Positions 61,301 to 64,000 of a DNA stretch of 64,000 nt are shown here, one piece after another. Each line of letters starts with the position of its first letter. The first letter of the stretch is position 1. The stretch spans positions 53,910,430 through 53,974,429 of the forward strand of contig NC_090399.1 in the NCBI RefSeq assembly GCF_036365525.1. The letters are read 5' to 3'. The DNA comes from Heterodontus francisci. Its lineage: Eukaryota. The position numbers and the translations under genes are program-made. The notes below the pieces were generated by a model. That model ran no database searches, was not told the origin of the DNA, and was given only the letters and a program-made list of their open reading frames with translations.

Positions 61301-64000
61301 GGTACATAAAGGAACAGGGGAGTGTGGAGTGGAGGCTGGGTGGGGCTGATCGGGTACATAGAGGAACAGGGGAGTGTGGAGTGAAGGGAAGGGTGGGGCT
61401 GATCGGGTACATGGAGGAACAGGGGAGTGTGGAGTGGAGGGAAGGGTGGGGCTGATCGGGTACATGGAGGAACAGGGGAGTGTGGAGTGGAGGGAAGGGT
61501 GGGGCTGATCGGGTACATGGAGGAACAGGGGAGTGTGGAGTGGAGGGAAGGGTGGGGCTGATCGGGTACATAGAGGAAGAGGGGAGTGTGGAGTGGTAGG
61601 AAGGGTGAGGCTGATCGGGTACATGGAGGAACAGGGGAGTGTGGAGTGGAGGGAAGGGTGGGGCTGATCGGGTACATAGAGGAACAGGGGAGTGTGGAGT
61701 GGAGGGAAGGGTGGGGCTGATCGGGTACATGGAGGAACAGGGGAGTGTGGAGTGGAGGGAAGGGTGGGGCTGATCGGGTACAAAGAGGAACAGGGGAGTG
61801 TGGAGTGGAGGGAAGGGTGGGGCTGATCGGGTACATGGAGGAACAGGGGAGTGTGGAGTGGAGGGAAGGGTGGGGCTGATCGGGTACATAGAGGAACAGG
61901 GGAGTGTGGAGTGAAGGGAAGGGTGGGGCTGATCGGGTACATGGAGGAACAGGGCAGTGTGGAGTGGAGGGAAGGGTGGGGCTGATCGGGTACATGGAGG
62001 AACAGGGGAGTGTGGAGTGGAGGGAAGGGTGGGGCTGATCGGGTACATGGAGGAACAGGGGAGTGTGGAGTGGAGGGAAGGGTGGGGCTGATCGGGTACA
62101 TGGAGGAACAGGGGAGTGTGGAGTGGAGGGAAGGGTGGGGCTGATCGGGTACATAGAGGAACAGGGGAGTGTGGAGCGGAGGGAAGGGTGGGGCTGATCG
62201 GGTACATAGAGGAACAGTAGAGTGTGGAGTGGAGGGAAGGGTGGGGCTGATCGGGTACATGGAGGAACAGGGGAGTGTGGAGCGGAGGGAAGGGTGGGGC
62301 TGATCGGGAACATGGTGGAACAGGGGAGTGTGGAGCGGAGGGAAGGGTGGGGCTGATCGGGTACATGGAGGAACAGGGGAGTGTGGAGTGGAGGGAAGGG
62401 TGGGGCTGATCGGGTACATGGAGGAACAGGGGAGTGTGGAGCGGAGGGAAGGGTGGGGCTGATCGGGTACATAGATGAACAGGGGAGTGTGGAGTGGAGG
62501 GAAGGGTGGGGCTGATCGGGTACATGGAGGAACAGGGGAGTGTGGAGTGGAGGGAAGGGTGGGGCTGATCGGGTACAAAGAGGAACAGGGGAGTGTGGAG
62601 TGGAGGGAAGGGTGGGGCTGATCGGGTACATGGAGGAAATGGGGAGTGTGGAGTCGAGGGAAGGGTGGGGCTGACCGGGTACAAAGAGGAACAGGGGAGT
62701 GTGGAGTGGAGGGAAGGGTGGGGCTGATCGGGTACAAAGAGGAACAGGGGAGTGTGGAGTGGAGGGAAGGGTGGGGCTAATCGGGTACATGGTGGAACAG
62801 GGGAGTGTGGAGTCGAGGGAAGGGTGGGGCTGATTGGGTACATAGAGGAACAGGGGAGTGTGGAGTGGAGGGAAGGGTGGGGCTGATCGGGTACATGGAG
62901 GAACAGGGGAGTGTGGAGCGGAGGGAAGGGTGGGGCTGATCGGGGACATAGAGGAACAGGGGAGTGTGGAGTGGAGGGAAGGGTGGGGCTGATCGGGTAC
63001 ATGGAGGAACAGGGGAGTGTGGAGTGGAGGGAAGGGTGGGGCTGATCGGGTACAAAGAGGAACAGGGGAGTGTGGAGTGGAGGGAAGGGTGGGGCTGATC
63101 GGGTAAATAGAGGAACAGGGGTGTGTGGAGTGGAGGGAAGGGTGGGGCTGATCGGGTACATGGAGGAAATGGGGAGTGTGGAGTCGAGGGAAGGGTGGGG
63201 CTGATCGGGTACAAAGAGGAACAGGGGAGTGTGGAGTGGAGGGAAGGGTGGGGCTGATCGGGTACAAAGAGGAACAGGGGAGTGTGGAGTGGAGGGAAGG
63301 GTGGGGCTGATCGGGTACATGGAAGAACAGGGGAGTGTGGAGTGGAGGGAAGGGTGGGGCTGATCGGGTACATGGAGGAACAGGGGAGTGTGGAGTCGAG
63401 GGAAGCTGGGGCTGATCGGGTACATGGAGGAACAGGGGAGTGTGGAGTGGAGGGAAGGGTGGGGCTGATCGGGTACATAGAGGAACAGGGGAGTGTGGAG
63501 TGGAGGGAAGGGTGGGGCTGATCGGGTACATGGAGGAACAGGGGAGTGTGGAGTGGAGGGAAGGGTGGGGCTGATCGGGTACATGGAGAAACAGGGGAGT
63601 GTGGAGTGGAGGGAAGGGTGGGGCTGATCGGGTACATGGAGGAACAGGGGAGTGTGGAGTGGAGGGAAGGGTGGGGCTGATCGGGTACATGGAAGAACAG
63701 GGGAGTGTGGAGTGGAGGGAAGGGTGGGGCTGATCGGGTACATGGAGGAACAGGGGAGTGTGGAGTCGAGGGAAGGGTGGGGCTGATCGGGTACATAGAG
63801 GAACAGGGGAGTGTGGAGTGGAGGGAAGGGTGGGGCTGATCGGGTACATAGAGGAACAGGGGAGTGTGGAGTGAAGGGAAGGGTGGGGCTGATCGGGTAC
63901 ATGGAGAAACAGGGCAGTGTGGAGTGGAGGGAAGGGTGGGGCTGATCGGGTACATGGAGGAACAGGGGAGTGTGGAGTGGAGGGAAGGGTGGGGCTGATC

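Larger units (their letters stand above)
33263..64000. repeat. G-rich 53-bp tandem satellite, right segment; continues beyond window end
   Basis: Same consensus resumes in phase after the insertion and runs to base 64000. Confidence 0.98.

Noticed and set aside
14914-63521. Short plus-strand ORFs MWSGGKGGADRVH...
   Set aside because: Produced wherever a variant removes the unit's TGA; GTG starts; pure repeat translation.
12155-63955. Giant minus-strand ORFs (up to 3855 aa) of repeating MYPISPTLPSTPHSPVPPCTRSAPPFPPLHTPLFLHVPDQPHPSLHSTLPCSS, superficially extensin- or mucin-like
   Set aside because: The 53-bp consensus lacks TTA/CTA/TCA on the + strand, so all three minus frames are open and give the same 53-aa cycle. 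Stop-creating variants and frameshifting units occur freely and have been amplified, and there is no signal peptide or unique domain. Repeat artefact.
1-64000. CRISPR-like appearance of regular repeats
   Set aside because: Units are head-to-tail with no unique spacers, there are no cas genes, and the context is a vertebrate intron/exon structure.

Overview
Eukaryotic (vertebrate) genomic DNA, most likely a cartilaginous fish (shark), judged from the one recognisable host exon and the interspersed repeats. About 97% of the window is tandem repeat. A T-rich 22/23-bp satellite fills 1-~11070 and a G-rich 53-bp satellite (~970 units) fills ~12273-64000; both run off the window edges. Between them is a single intact 249-bp exon (11154-11402, + strand, phase 1/1, canonical AG/GT) encoding an MHC class II alpha-chain alpha-1 (peptide-binding) domain. 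No other exon of that gene is visible, so if the gene is intact its flanking introns are >11 kb and >52 kb and almost wholly satellite. Each satellite is interrupted once by a retroelement with a target-site duplication. The first is a 5'-truncated RTE-clade LINE (9808-10297, -). The second is a 267-bp Penelope-like terminal-repeat fragment (32996-33262, +) carrying a minimal hammerhead-ribozyme motif in the sense orientation of the MHC gene. A probable Harbinger Myb-like relic lies just downstream of the exon. The huge Pro/Ser/His-rich minus-strand ORFs are artefacts of a stop-free 53-bp repeat. All family assignments are from recalled sequence similarity, not from database searches.
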